Shown here one piece after another: positions 50,075-60,249 of a stretch of DNA of 64,000 nucleotides. The notes under the pieces were generated by a model that was not told where the DNA came from, did not search any database, and worked only from the letters and a program-made list of their open reading frames with translations. Position 1 is the first letter of the stretch, and the number at the start of each line of letters is the position of its first letter. Made by a program: the position numbers and the translations under genes. This DNA is from a virus. The stretch covers positions 22,412-86,411 of the IMG/VR virus record IMGVR_UViG_3300008451_000399; one strand, 5' to 3'.

Positions 50075-51337
50075 TTAGTAATCAGTAATTGAATAATACT
50101 CTTCATCAGTAACCTTGTCAAGTCTTTGTTCAACAAAATCTAAAAGTAAATCTCTGTCATTTGAAGACACAGCTTCTTTAATAAATCCTGCAACACCCTG
50201 ATCTATTATCTCAAAAGTCCTCTTTATCTCAGATTCTATAGCAAGAACCTGTCTACCTCTTCCTGTAAAAAGATGAGAGTAGTTAATTGTTTTACCATGT
50301 TTTTGCAGATTGTTTCTATGAGTTTTCAACCTCTCAGTTGGACTATTAGTTATTCCAAAACCTACAAAATCTTCCTTCTCTTCTTTATAAATATCTAAAA
50401 TATAGAGATACCCATCTTTACTTGATTTATACCCTCCCATTGATGAACAAGAAGGACAAGTACAAAGCTTATTATCGAAGTTTATACTAGAATAGCTCTT
50501 GACATAATATCCATGAATATCACAGCTAAATATTATTCTGCGGATATTCTTGTGTTTCGTTACTTGGCTGACAATTCCCTCGAACTTACAATGAGTTATT
50601 CCTTTTTCACTGAAAATCTCCTCAATTTTGAATTTAATTTGCGCATCAGTATATTTAAATTTATCAGAACACCTACATGGTTTATTTGCAGATTTAGTTA
50701 AGGTTGTTTTAAATACTCCATCACATAACCCTGCTTGAACAAATTTATCATAACTACAAATTCCACAATTTAAAAACATCACCTTACCTGATCTGTGACC
50801 CTCTTTACTCAGAGGTCTATTGATCTCTGACCTTAGAATAAACGTACCATCTGGAAACTCTTTTAGAACTCCGCTATAGTCTTCTAAATTTTTTGTTTTT
50901 CTACTAGAGATAAACTCCTTTTCACAATCAATGCACATTCCTTTGTGTCTCTCAGATAGAAACGTGTGGATACTTACTGATTCTGTATACGTTCCGTGTG
51001 TGCTGCATCTAGTAGTCAGTTTAGAATCAATTCCGACACTATTATAATCGAAATCCACTAATTCTAAATGTGGAAACTCTTTTAGTTTTCGTCTAACTCT
51101 TATCTCGTATTGCTTAGGAGAGTAGTTAGCAGATTTAGAGCACCCACATGGCAATATTCCTCTTGTAAAATTACTGTAGAAAATTTCAAACTCACCATTT
51201 CCAAACATTTCAGGGTCATTTTGGCATATTTTGCAGGTAACAATAACATGCCTTTCTCGATCTGATAGTCTCAAAATCTCTAAGTTTCCTTTTATCTCGC
51301 CAACCCTATCTACTAATTTCACTCGCTTACTCTTCAT
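50075..51337 (-). CDS. putative homing endonuclease: Cys/His zinc repeats plus C-terminal GIY-YIG-like domain
   Basis: Repeated C..C, C..HG and PC.CS units; GYLYI...FGITN...RL..H...IE. Confidence 0.75.
   Translation of the reverse strand: MKSKRVKLVDRVGEIKGNLEILRLSDRERHVIVTCKICQNDPEMFGNGEFEIFYSNFTRGILPCGCSKSANYSPKQYEIRVRRKLKEFPHLELVDFDYNSVGIDSKLTTRCSTHGTYTESVSIHTFLSERHKGMCIDCEKEFISSRKTKNLEDYSGVLKEFPDGTFILRSEINRPLSKEGHRSGKVMFLNCGICSYDKFVQAGLCDGVFKTTLTKSANKPCRCSDKFKYTDAQIKFKIEEIFSEKGITHCKFEGIVSQVTKHKNIRRIIFSCDIHGYYVKSYSSINFDNKLCTCPSCSSMGGYKSSKDGYLYILDIYKEEKEDFVGFGITNSPTERLKTHRNNLQKHGKTINYSHLFTGRGRQVLAIESEIKRTFEIIDQGVAGFIKEAVSSNDRDLLLDFVEQRLDKVTDEEYYSITDY
50093..50121 (-). promoter_or_regulatory. 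sigma70-like promoter for the recombinase, inside the upstream gene's 3' end
   Basis: TTGACA-17nt-TATTAT. Confidence 0.7.
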
Positions 51338-54043
51338 TTATCACTCTCACATCACAAACATAAAAAACACCTTTGTACCAATACCCTGAGACACTTCCAC
51401 CATCTTCACCATATTCAAACTTAACACCATATTGTGCAGCTTCATCAAACTTTTCTTGAGGTGTGGGTTGAATTACCTTAGTGAGGTTCTTATCTTCAAT
51501 AACATCGATTCCAAAATCTTGTAACTTCTTTTTAATTTCCTCTTTACTTAAGTTACTCAGTATGTTTTTAGCTTTTTCTAGTAGATATTCATTCATTCTT
51601 CCTGCTCCGTAGTGTTTTCTTGTTCCAAGATGTAACGCTTAACAGCCTCGTTAGCAATAGCTCGATATTGATCTGCAGAGCACAAAGCGTCAGCTTGGCA
51701 ATACACTTCAATCAAATCATCATCTGTCATGTTTGTTGTAGGAAACACACGTTCAGGCTCCTCTGGCTTGAAGCGATAGCGTTTCAAAGGGTTCCATGTT
51801 GGGCTATTAGCAGGACAGTCATACCAATCTTCTTCTCCAGAAACGGTATTGAATACGTCATACTGAACGACACGAGAGGGATTAGCAACCCATTGTACAA
51901 TCATGTCATAATGGATGTGTTTCTTGTTGTTTGAATCTTGTTCAACTTCTACAAGCTCAAAATCATCTGGGTATTTGTCCATAGTGTAATTCCAGTCATC
52001 ATAACTCTTTCCAAAAACAAGCTGGCAATTTCTGGAGTCCTCGTCATACCCTATAGCTGTTTCTTTGACTCGTACTTTGTCACCGACTTTAAATTTACCA
52101 CTTGATTGTAAGTTACCCATATCACACCTCCAACACATCATAATGACGATTAACAGAATCTTGAATATACTCCTTCAAATCAGCCTTAAGAGCTTTCATT
52201 GTAGCTTCTGGAAGATGTTCTTTCACATTACGCTCGATAAGCTCTTTATTATCCAGCAAAGCCTTCTCAAGAATCTGATACGCTGAATTGCTTTCACGAC
52301 TCCAAGCGTCAGGCTTCTTGAACAAGTGGAACCAATCCATTTTGTTGATGATTTGTACAATGTTGGCTTCTAAAGTTAAATCTAAACCGAAATGGAATTG
52401 TTCGTCAACTAGCTTATAAACAATGTCATAAGCTGAGTTACTGATAATACGTTTTACAGAGTCTTCATCCTTGAAGTGCATAAAGCAAGCCTGTTGGAAA
52501 GCTTCCTTAGTAATCTCCTTCTTCTCTTCCTCTGTAATGTAGTCGTCAATGTTAATTTCTAGTGTGCTCATAATTTCTTCTCCTTAGTTAAAATAGCAAG
52601 TCTACTCTCAGCAATCTCTAACGCAAAATCCTTCTCAGCAATTTTCTTTCTGTTAGCCATCACACCAATCCAAATAGCTACATCCTTCTCAGCTTCTGGT
52701 TCAGGATAATCTGAGTTCTTAATAAGTTGCAACCCTTGCCAATATGCATTGTATAGGGCTTTTAGTTCTGTGTCTTGTTGGTCTTCTTCAGTCATTTCCA
52801 CCCTCCCAAGTTCCTAAATTGATTTCTATACTATCAGCCACAAGTTCTCCGTCTTCGAATACAGGATAAGCATAAATAATTATAGAATGATCTTCTGAAT
52901 AACCTCTCGTAACTGTCTCAATAGAAATCTCAGCATTATACTCGCGTAATAGAGCTTTAAATTTATCTAGGAATTCATCTTTTCGTGTCATATCATTTCT
53001 CCTTTTAATTAATTAACTCAACAAAGTCTCCAGCAGTTAATTTTACTTGATAATACCCATCACTACCAGAATGTTCCCAAGCCAGCTCAAACAACTTCTT
53101 ACGCTTAGGGTGATTTGTGATGCCAAGTTCTTCAAATAAATCTTGTTTGAATTCATTGTGAAGCTTGGACTTCTCTGCATAATGTTCTTTTTGTTGTTCT
53201 TTGAAACTGTCCTCATCTAAGACAGTTTCTTTTACAGTATAACTTGTAGGGGTGATTCTATCCTTTGAACTTCCGACACAAACTCCAGCTTTGTAATAAT
53301 ATGTTGTTTGGTGATTCTTTCTGTCTGGATAAGTTGTTGTCATTGTGGTGTAATAACTGATGTCTTTCATGATTTCTCCTTAATGTGTTGATGAAATAAT
53401 CTCTGAAACAGAGTATACAGGAATTCCAATAAAATACCAAGTAGTTTTTAATATTTTTTGTTTTGGCGCAAAAGAAGATTTTGTCTTTTCACCAGTCAAA
53501 TAATCTGATCGTTGGTTAAACAATACTTGTTTCTTGTGAATTAGCATTTTAGTTCTCCTCTAATTAAACTTTAGCTCGTTTCATCTTCTCAATAATGGCT
53601 TGATTAATTGTGTTTACATACAATTCAGCCATCCTCTTAGCTACTTCAATATCTGAATGAAGACAGCTACTCATATGCACTTTCAAATCACCTTTAGGAT
53701 TATCATTAGAGATTACAATCACTTTATCATAATAATCTCCAACAGGGTTAATCTTTCCCTCAACTCGGAAATACTCTGGGTTCTGTGAGCATTCAATAAC
53801 ATCAATACGTGTCAGTATTTCTGGTGTGTACATTTAGTTCTCCTCGTTTAAGATTATCTGGATTAATAATGTCTTAATGTCTTTTATTGTCTCTGCTTTA
53901 TGAATACAAGCAATTTTCAAATCTTTGTTTTCAGCTTTAATCTGTGTATTTGCAATAACCAATGCTTCTTGTAAGCTACAATCTTGCTCAAGTCGTATTT
54001 TATTAACCAAGGCTCCATCTACCTTCATAGGTTTGTACTCCAT
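51327..54043 (-). other. cluster of small hypothetical ORFs
   Basis: ORFs 51327-51596, 51593-52141, 52122-52571, 52568-52801, 52788-52991, 53005-53370, 53564-53833, 53834-54043. Confidence 0.65.
53412..53440 (-). promoter_or_regulatory. sigma70-like promoter
   Basis: TTGGTA-17nt-TATACT. Confidence 0.5.
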
Positions 54044-54074
54044 ATTAATTCCCCTGTTTGTTTAACATGTAGCC

Positions 54075-54103
54075 ATTATTACGCATTTAGAATTTGTTGT
54101 CAA
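54075..54103 (-). promoter_or_regulatory. leftward sigma70-like promoter
   Basis: TTGACA-17nt-AATAAT. Confidence 0.65.
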
Positions 54104-54202
54104 GGCTTTTGTTGAAGTATTTTGTGTAGGAATTTGAGTTATATGAAATAAGCATATCTCTATTATGTATTATCAATTGTAGTGATAACTGTGAATAATA
54201 AC

Positions 54203-54231
54203 TTGCAATTCTACAATGTGTTTGCTATAAT
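54203..54231 (+). promoter_or_regulatory. rightward sigma70 promoter with extended -10
   Basis: TTGCAA-17nt(TGc)-TATAAT. Confidence 0.75.
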
Positions 54232-54630
54232 TCTAAATGCGGGGCTTGTGAGTAGTAGAGTGGAATAGTTAGGGACGGGGATGATTGCATTAACATGCTT
54301 GATTCATTCTTTTTATCCTACCCATTTGCTACATATCTTCATTCTACATGATTGTAGTTTGGGGTAGGGGGCTTATGAGTAGCGAGTAAAAAGTTATAAC
54401 AAGGATGATATGTGTTCTACTGTAAATGATACTGAGATAGATACTGTAAAGTACACTTAGTTCGTTCCACTGAAGTAATGCATGGATAAATAAGATACAG
54501 AGAGCTAGTTCCTTAATTGGGATTAGCTCTTTTCGTTTATGGAGAGAAGAAATGTGTTGACATACAAAATTAGATGAGATATTATTCATCTTGTCGTAGG
54601 GAATGTGATTAACAAATTAAGGAGAATTAA

Positions 54631-55177
54631 ATGAAACAATTTAAAGCTGGTGATCGTGTGGTGAGAGTTGGTAGTACGGAATTTTGTGCTGACAACGATT
54701 TTATGAGAGTTGGAAATGAGTATGTGGTACGCAAGCACAACCAAGGTTGCCTGTACTTGGAGGGTAGTAATTTTGAATACAAGGATGAAGCTTTTAAACT
54801 TGCAGAAGAAAAACCAACATTCAAAGCCATGAAATTCAAAGTGACCTCTCCAGAACAATCTAAAGAGATTCAGGAAGCTTTGTTTTCTATGGGGTATGTG
54901 TGGGGGGTCAGGAGCAAAAGAAATTAAGTTTGAGAATGATACAGGTCTTTTTGTTGCTCAGGAAGATGGGAAGTTCTCAATGTACGATGATAAGTTCACT
55001 TACCCTAGTACATTAGGCGGAATAGACGCTCAAGAATACACAATCAAAACTACAAAATCCTGCGAGTTTATTCCTGTGGAAAATGAAGCTCCAGAAGAAC
55101 TAGTAGAGTTAATGGGACAGAAATATTCCAAGAAAGAATTGGAGGATGCTTTGCGTAGCTTGAAGCCTGTGAATTAG
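54631..55177 (+). pseudogene. single gene apparently frameshifted at a G6 tract
   Basis: Removing one G from 54902-54907 fuses ORFs 54631-54927 and 54896-55177 into 181 aa. Confidence 0.6.
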
Positions 55178-55405
55178 GAAAACCAATTATTTAGGAAATC
55201 GTCTGAAACCTTTATTTTACTTTTGGCTTGGAAAATAGGAATTCCATTTGCCTTGGAAAACGTAATTTGAGAATTATAATGGGAGTCAGAGCTGATATTA
55301 TATTGGTTATTTACAAATTATAATTGGTACAATGTAGATGGGTGCATATGTGCAACAATTTATGAATTATGATGTAAATATGCATCCACAAACTAAGGAG
55401 AAAGT

Positions 55406-55657
55406 ATGGAGAAATTGTATTATAATGGGAAGGAAGTGGTTGCTATTACCTCTCCTAATGATATGTCAAGTTGTCAAGGTTGTGTGTTTGATGATAAGAT
55501 TGTATGTGAGCTTTTATATATGGTGCAGAGTGGAAGCTATGAGAAGAAGTGGAGTTGTGTTAAGAAGGACAAGTACATTATTTATGTTAATAAGGAGAAA
55601 TGGATATATGAAGAAAATTTACCAAACAAGCCATACTGTTGGCGGTGTGAGAACTAA
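55406..55657 (+). CDS. small Cys-containing hypothetical protein
   Basis: AAGGAG RBS; CQGC motif. Confidence 0.5.
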   Translation: MEKLYYNGKEVVAITSPNDMSSCQGCVFDDKIVCELLYMVQSGSYEKKWSCVKKDKYIIYVNKEKWIYEENLPNKPYCWRCEN

Positions 55658-56150
55658 AACTCGTGAGAGTATTTTGTGGTATGGTATTAAGAATCGTTGT
55701 TATGGTGGTAGACATAAGAGTTATGCTGGATGCTCAATGTCAGAAAATTTCCTAGATTTTCAGTATTTTGCTGAATGGTGCAACAATCAGATTGGATGGA
55801 ATGACGATGGTTGGCATTTAGATAAAGACTTCTTAATAGAAGGTAATAAAATCTATGGCGAGGATACTTGCTTATTTGTACCAAGAGTTGTAAACAACAT
55901 CTTCTTAGACACTCCTGGGAATAGTAGTGGACTCACAGGTGCTGTATGGATTTCTCATAGTAATAAGTACCAAGCTAGATGCAATGAGTTTGGTAAGCAA
56001 TACACCTATGGATTGTACTCTACAGCAGAAGAAGCTCATAATGTGTGGGTTGAGAAGAAGAATGAGTATGTTCAGAAAGTGGCTGAAATGTATAAGGGCA
56101 GAGTCAGGGATGAAGTGTACCAGAGGCTTGTGAATTTCAGGGCAAAATAA
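55608..56150 (+). CDS. HNH/AP2-type homing endonuclease (LDKD type)
   Basis: W..IKNRCY, Y.GC...E.F..FQ.FAEWC, LDKD...GNKIY..DTC.FVP, AP2-like tail; RBS supports start at 55608. Confidence 0.85.
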   Translation: MKKIYQTSHTVGGVRTKTRESILWYGIKNRCYGGRHKSYAGCSMSENFLDFQYFAEWCNNQIGWNDDGWHLDKDFLIEGNKIYGEDTCLFVPRVVNNIFLDTPGNSSGLTGAVWISHSNKYQARCNEFGKQYTYGLYSTAEEAHNVWVEKKNEYVQKVAEMYKGRVRDEVYQRLVNFRAK

Positions 56151-56668
56151 TTTAAATTTTAAAAATATTTATAAAAAATTTTAAACGCAATCTGAGCAGT
56201 TATATAATCATTTCCCCTCCCCATCAATTCCCAATTCTGCAAATGACGTTTCTTGCCAGAAAATCAACATATTTCTTTTGAACAATGTTTTATTTGCAAG
56301 TAGTTGCTGAAATGTCATGAAACGCATTTAAACACGTTTTGAGCCGTTTTATTAGCTGGACATAGGAAAGCATCGACCAACTGATTTAAATTGATTGTAG
56401 CGAGTTTTGACAAGCTAGAAATGCTCTTGATAAGCTTAAATTGATGCAATGGAAGCTAGAACGAGAAAAGCGCAAAGCGTACAAGAGTACACCCTGCGCC
56501 TATATGTGCAGAATTGAGAAGCCCTTAATAGTCAAACTTAAGAGCTACATTCCTTTGGCTCAGTCTATAAATAGAGGATGACTAGGAATGGACGTTATCA
56601 ATAAAACGGATAACTAAGAAGAAATGAGATTATGGCAGCTTACAAAATTAATTGCAAGCTGATTTTAA

Positions 56669-56851
56669 TTAGTCGCAAATAATCCCATTGAAAAATAGTC
56701 TGGGAGATACTTCTTCTAATTGAATTATAAAATTTTGCGCATAAATAGAATTTATTGCTTTCAATGCATCAAATTCATTTTTAGCCCTTACGTGTTGATG
56801 TGATTCAATATTGCTAGTTTTATGAATTAGTTTGTAGATGTATGTTTTCAT
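56669..56851 (-). CDS. small hypothetical protein (MKTYIYKL...)
   Basis: ATG downstream of a leftward promoter-like element at 56890-56919 (TTGTCT-18nt-TATATT). Confidence 0.55.
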   Translation of the reverse strand: MKTYIYKLIHKTSNIESHQHVRAKNEFDALKAINSIYAQNFIIQLEEVSPRLFFNGIICD

Positions 56852-56954
56852 TGTTTGCTTTCGGTTATACAGTAAATCACTGTAGCGATAATATAGCACG
56901 ATTTTATAAAATGAGACAAGCATAAATTATTTTCGATTATTTTTAAAAATCGCT

Positions 56955-56982
56955 TTGCATAATTCAGAAATTCTGTAATAAT
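56955..56982 (+). promoter_or_regulatory. early-type promoter
   Basis: TTGCAT-16nt-AATAAT; shares TTGCAYAATTCAGAAA with the promoter at 58534. Confidence 0.5.
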
Positions 56983-57300
56983 GGAATCACTTGAGCAAAT
57001 TAACTGAGGGTAAAGATGAAAAATCTTGTAAATCCGCACAAAGTTGGTTTTGATTCAAACTGTAAACAGATCAGGTGAAAAAATGTGCGCTTATTAGTCT
57101 GCTAAACTAATACAGGGGAAGCGAGAACCCACAAAGTAAGCTTAGTCCCAAGGGACTAGGACAAGTAATTAGATTGTATAGTGCAGCATGTGGGGAACTG
57201 TAAAATCACGTTAAAATCCCGCTATACAATTTTACGAAAGCTTGCTATAATGTTGGAAGTTCTTAGTAGTACATTATTTAAATCAATCGAAAGAAACATC

Positions 57301-57651
57301 ATGAAAACAACTGTACACAAACAACATTTTATTGATGCATTTATGACATCAAGCAACTATTGTAATAATTTTAGTTATGAAGGCTTAGGTATTCTCTTTG
57401 ATTACTTGGAGCAATTGGAAGACGATTGCGGTGAGGAACTAGAATTCGATTTAGTTGCGATAGCTTGTGAATACGCTGAGTATTCTGCTGCCAATGTCAT
57501 TAACGACTACAAAATAGACATTGACGATGACGCAGAAGACGATGAAATAGTGGATACTGTACGCGAGTATTTGCAAGATAATACATCGCTTTGCGGTGAA
57601 TACACTGAAGACGACGGAACAGTTATGTTTGTGTTTTGTACTTCATTCTAA
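57301..57651 (+). CDS. highly acidic phage protein (candidate DNA mimic)
   Basis: FSYEGL..LFDYLEQLE...ELEFD.VAI.CEY.EY; many D/E residues. Confidence 0.75.
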   Translation: MKTTVHKQHFIDAFMTSSNYCNNFSYEGLGILFDYLEQLEDDCGEELEFDLVAIACEYAEYSAANVINDYKIDIDDDAEDDEIVDTVREYLQDNTSLCGEYTEDDGTVMFVFCTSF

Positions 57652-58533
57652 GGGATAATATGCAATTACAATTTGAAATTATATTCAACCCCCTAGCTTG
57701 TCAAAAGTGGCAAGCAATTGATTCTAGTGGTAAAGTGTGGAAAAGTCACATATACAAAAAAGGCTTGATTGACTGGGTTCGAGCGCAACATGCAGGTATT
57801 AAAACTAATTAATTTTTAAGAGGGAATAAAATGGAATTAACATATAAACTCAGTGAAGATAACAAAGCAAGAATTATAGAAGGTGTTAGGCATTCTTTGG
57901 ATAAACAGGGTAAACATTGGATTTGGTGCGAGTCATTAGAGCATAATTTAGCATATAAATCAGAAACATTCGAAAATGCTTTGTTATCTAGTATCGCAAG
58001 TTTGCTTTATACTATCGAGTTAAAGAACGAGCGTATAGCTGATTTACAGAAAATATCTAACTTGGCACAAGCTTTTGCCGATCAAATAAAGCCAGACTGC
58101 CAAGAAGATCAAGATTTTCTCAATTCATACCGTTAAACTAATACGAAAGAACATCATGCAAACAAACTTTACAACTATCAAAACTATTCGCAAGCAACAT
58201 AAACAAGAGCAGGGCGATAAGCCTAGCAGCAAGCAAGCTTATAAGGGCAAGACATGGACACGTGACACGAATAAGCGTAATTATGAAGGGGTGATGAAAT
58301 GATAGTTTTTCATAAATTTAATGGTCATGCAATAATACAAGGTAATTATTACTGGCATGATTTTAGTATTGACAGTTTAAGAGGGGTTTAAAATGAATTT
58401 ATACGTGATTGATTGCGAGATTGAGCAATTAGAAAATGATTTAGACTTTATTTCTTTTAATTCCGAAGAGGATTTTATTACATACATTGATAAAATACTT
58501 CAGTTGATACAGTTGAAAGTAAAAAGAAATAAT

Positions 58534-58562
58534 TTGCACAATTCAGAAAACTAGCGTATATT
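58534..58562 (+). promoter_or_regulatory. sigma70-like promoter
   Basis: TTGCAC-17nt-TATATT. Confidence 0.6.
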
Positions 58563-60171
58563 GTTATTTATGCGCTAGGGAGTGCAAATAACTTAGGAAA
58601 TATCATGTTTTTACTTACCATCGTTTTACCTGTTTTTGCTGCTAGTTTTGTTACTTGGATTGTTTGCCAATGCTTTACAATTCCAAGTAATAAGATTGAG
58701 ACAGTGTTGAAATTTCCAAGAGTTGAAAGCATTGCAGAATGCACAATGTGGACAAGTGGATTTTCTGCAATATTTATTGGCTATGTTTTACAATTCTAAT
58801 CGAGGAAGTGCCATGTTTCTGTCATCTTTCGAAAGCTTTATTGTAATTTCACATGCTAAAATGTTATTAGCTAAACATGGTACATTGGCGACTGCTAAGT
58901 ATTTGCATAAAAATAATGTTTGTATTTGTGTGGCTAAACTTTTAATTTTGGGGAAATAATTATGCTAAAATCAAAATCACAAGTTTGGAAAGCTGCGGTT
59001 AAGCTGTCAAAGAGAAAATATTGTAATTCTAAGCCTGTAGCTTTGTCTGAGTGTGGACAATACGTAACAATGCAAAGCCTGATACGCGGTAACACTTGGC
59101 AATATTCACTTAATGAATTATTAACTTTATTGAATAGGAAATAATATGTTATTCGATTTATCTACTATTGATTTAGAATTATTAAAACTTCAAAAAGAAG
59201 TTTTATTTGAAGTTATCCCAATCACAGAAGTGAGACAGAGAGAACTGCTGGATGGAGTTTTAAATTTGCTTGACTGTATCCAAGATGAGCTAGAGGGGTT
59301 TTAATTATGTTTGAATCCAACATGTTAGAAAACATGCAAGAAATGCAAGAATGGAAAAACCCATGGCGTTTGCTTGTTAGTGCAGAATTCAAGGAGTTCT
59401 TAGACTCTATGTCTACAAGCAAAAAGGTTGTTAATGTTGATTGTGAGGATGAGTTATAATGTTAAATAATATTCCAGTACGATTTTTTATCTTTGACTTT
59501 TGCGAAGATGAGCAAGAGTTCGATATAGTTGAAGTAGAAGAAGCAGAGTTTCTAAGCTTTGAGGGTGAAATATCATACGAACGAAACAATATGTTTTTAA
59601 ATGGCTGTAATCAAATTTGCTTAACTAAAGGACTTCCTAAAGGGTGAGATTATGACACTAGAACAAATAAAGAAAGATAAGCGATACACTGTAGAACGCT
59701 TACCTTATGGATTTTATAGTATGTATGTAGCTTGTTTTGAAGGCAGACAAATAATGGTACATTCACCACTGGAAGACTGTAATGCTTATAATAGTGCTTG
59801 GCATTCTTGTGTAGATCATTTTAATAATCGGTTATCTGGGAGGTGATGCATAATGAAATACGCGCAAATCAGAGAATTAATTAAAACTAGTGAGTGCAAG
59901 CAAATGTTAGTTTTTGTGTATAAACCGAATCTTTCGAGTCTAGTCCACTCAATCGACAGATTAGACGAAACTTTGAATTCATGGAACAATTGGCACGAAG
60001 CGATGGAAAGTTTTCGTCAGAAAGATAGTTTCGCTAATTTCAAAGTATGTAAAAGAATTGTTATTGACGCTTTAAAATCCAATTTCGATTCTAATTTATC
60101 AGAGTATGAAATCACAGTATGTACAGCTTTTTCAGTGTGGTCTTATAATTGAGAAAGTAGCAGCAACATGC

Positions 60172-60198
60172 AAGAACCATTAAATAATGGCTCTTTTT
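60172..60198 (+). terminator. rho-independent terminator
   Basis: AAGAACCATTA-AA-TAATGGCTCTT followed by a T-tract. Confidence 0.6.
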
Positions 60199-60219
60199 GT
60201 CGTTTATTCGCTAAAATAC

Positions 60220-60249
60220 TTGCACATTTCTTTTATTCTCGATTATAAT
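60220..60249 (+). promoter_or_regulatory. sigma70-like promoter
   Basis: TTGCAC-18nt-TATAAT upstream of the ORF at 60296. Confidence 0.65.

Noticed and set aside
49414-51337. IS607-like element (serine recombinase plus TnpB)
   Set aside because: The HTH is C-terminal rather than N-terminal and the partner lacks RuvC/TnpB motifs
54344-54858. Minus-strand ORFs 54344-54589, 54586-54858 and 54627-54839
   Set aside because: No convincing RBS; they lie antisense to the rightward promoter's leader and the 54631 gene
55338-55607. 90-aa N-terminal extension of the HNH ORF
   Set aside because: It overlaps a better-supported ORF (55406) and the RBS favours ATG 55608
56566-56573. TATAAATA T4-type late promoter (also at 15485 and 61594)
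   Set aside because: Expected by chance in AT-rich DNA; not upstream of structural genes; no gp55-like sigma factor seen
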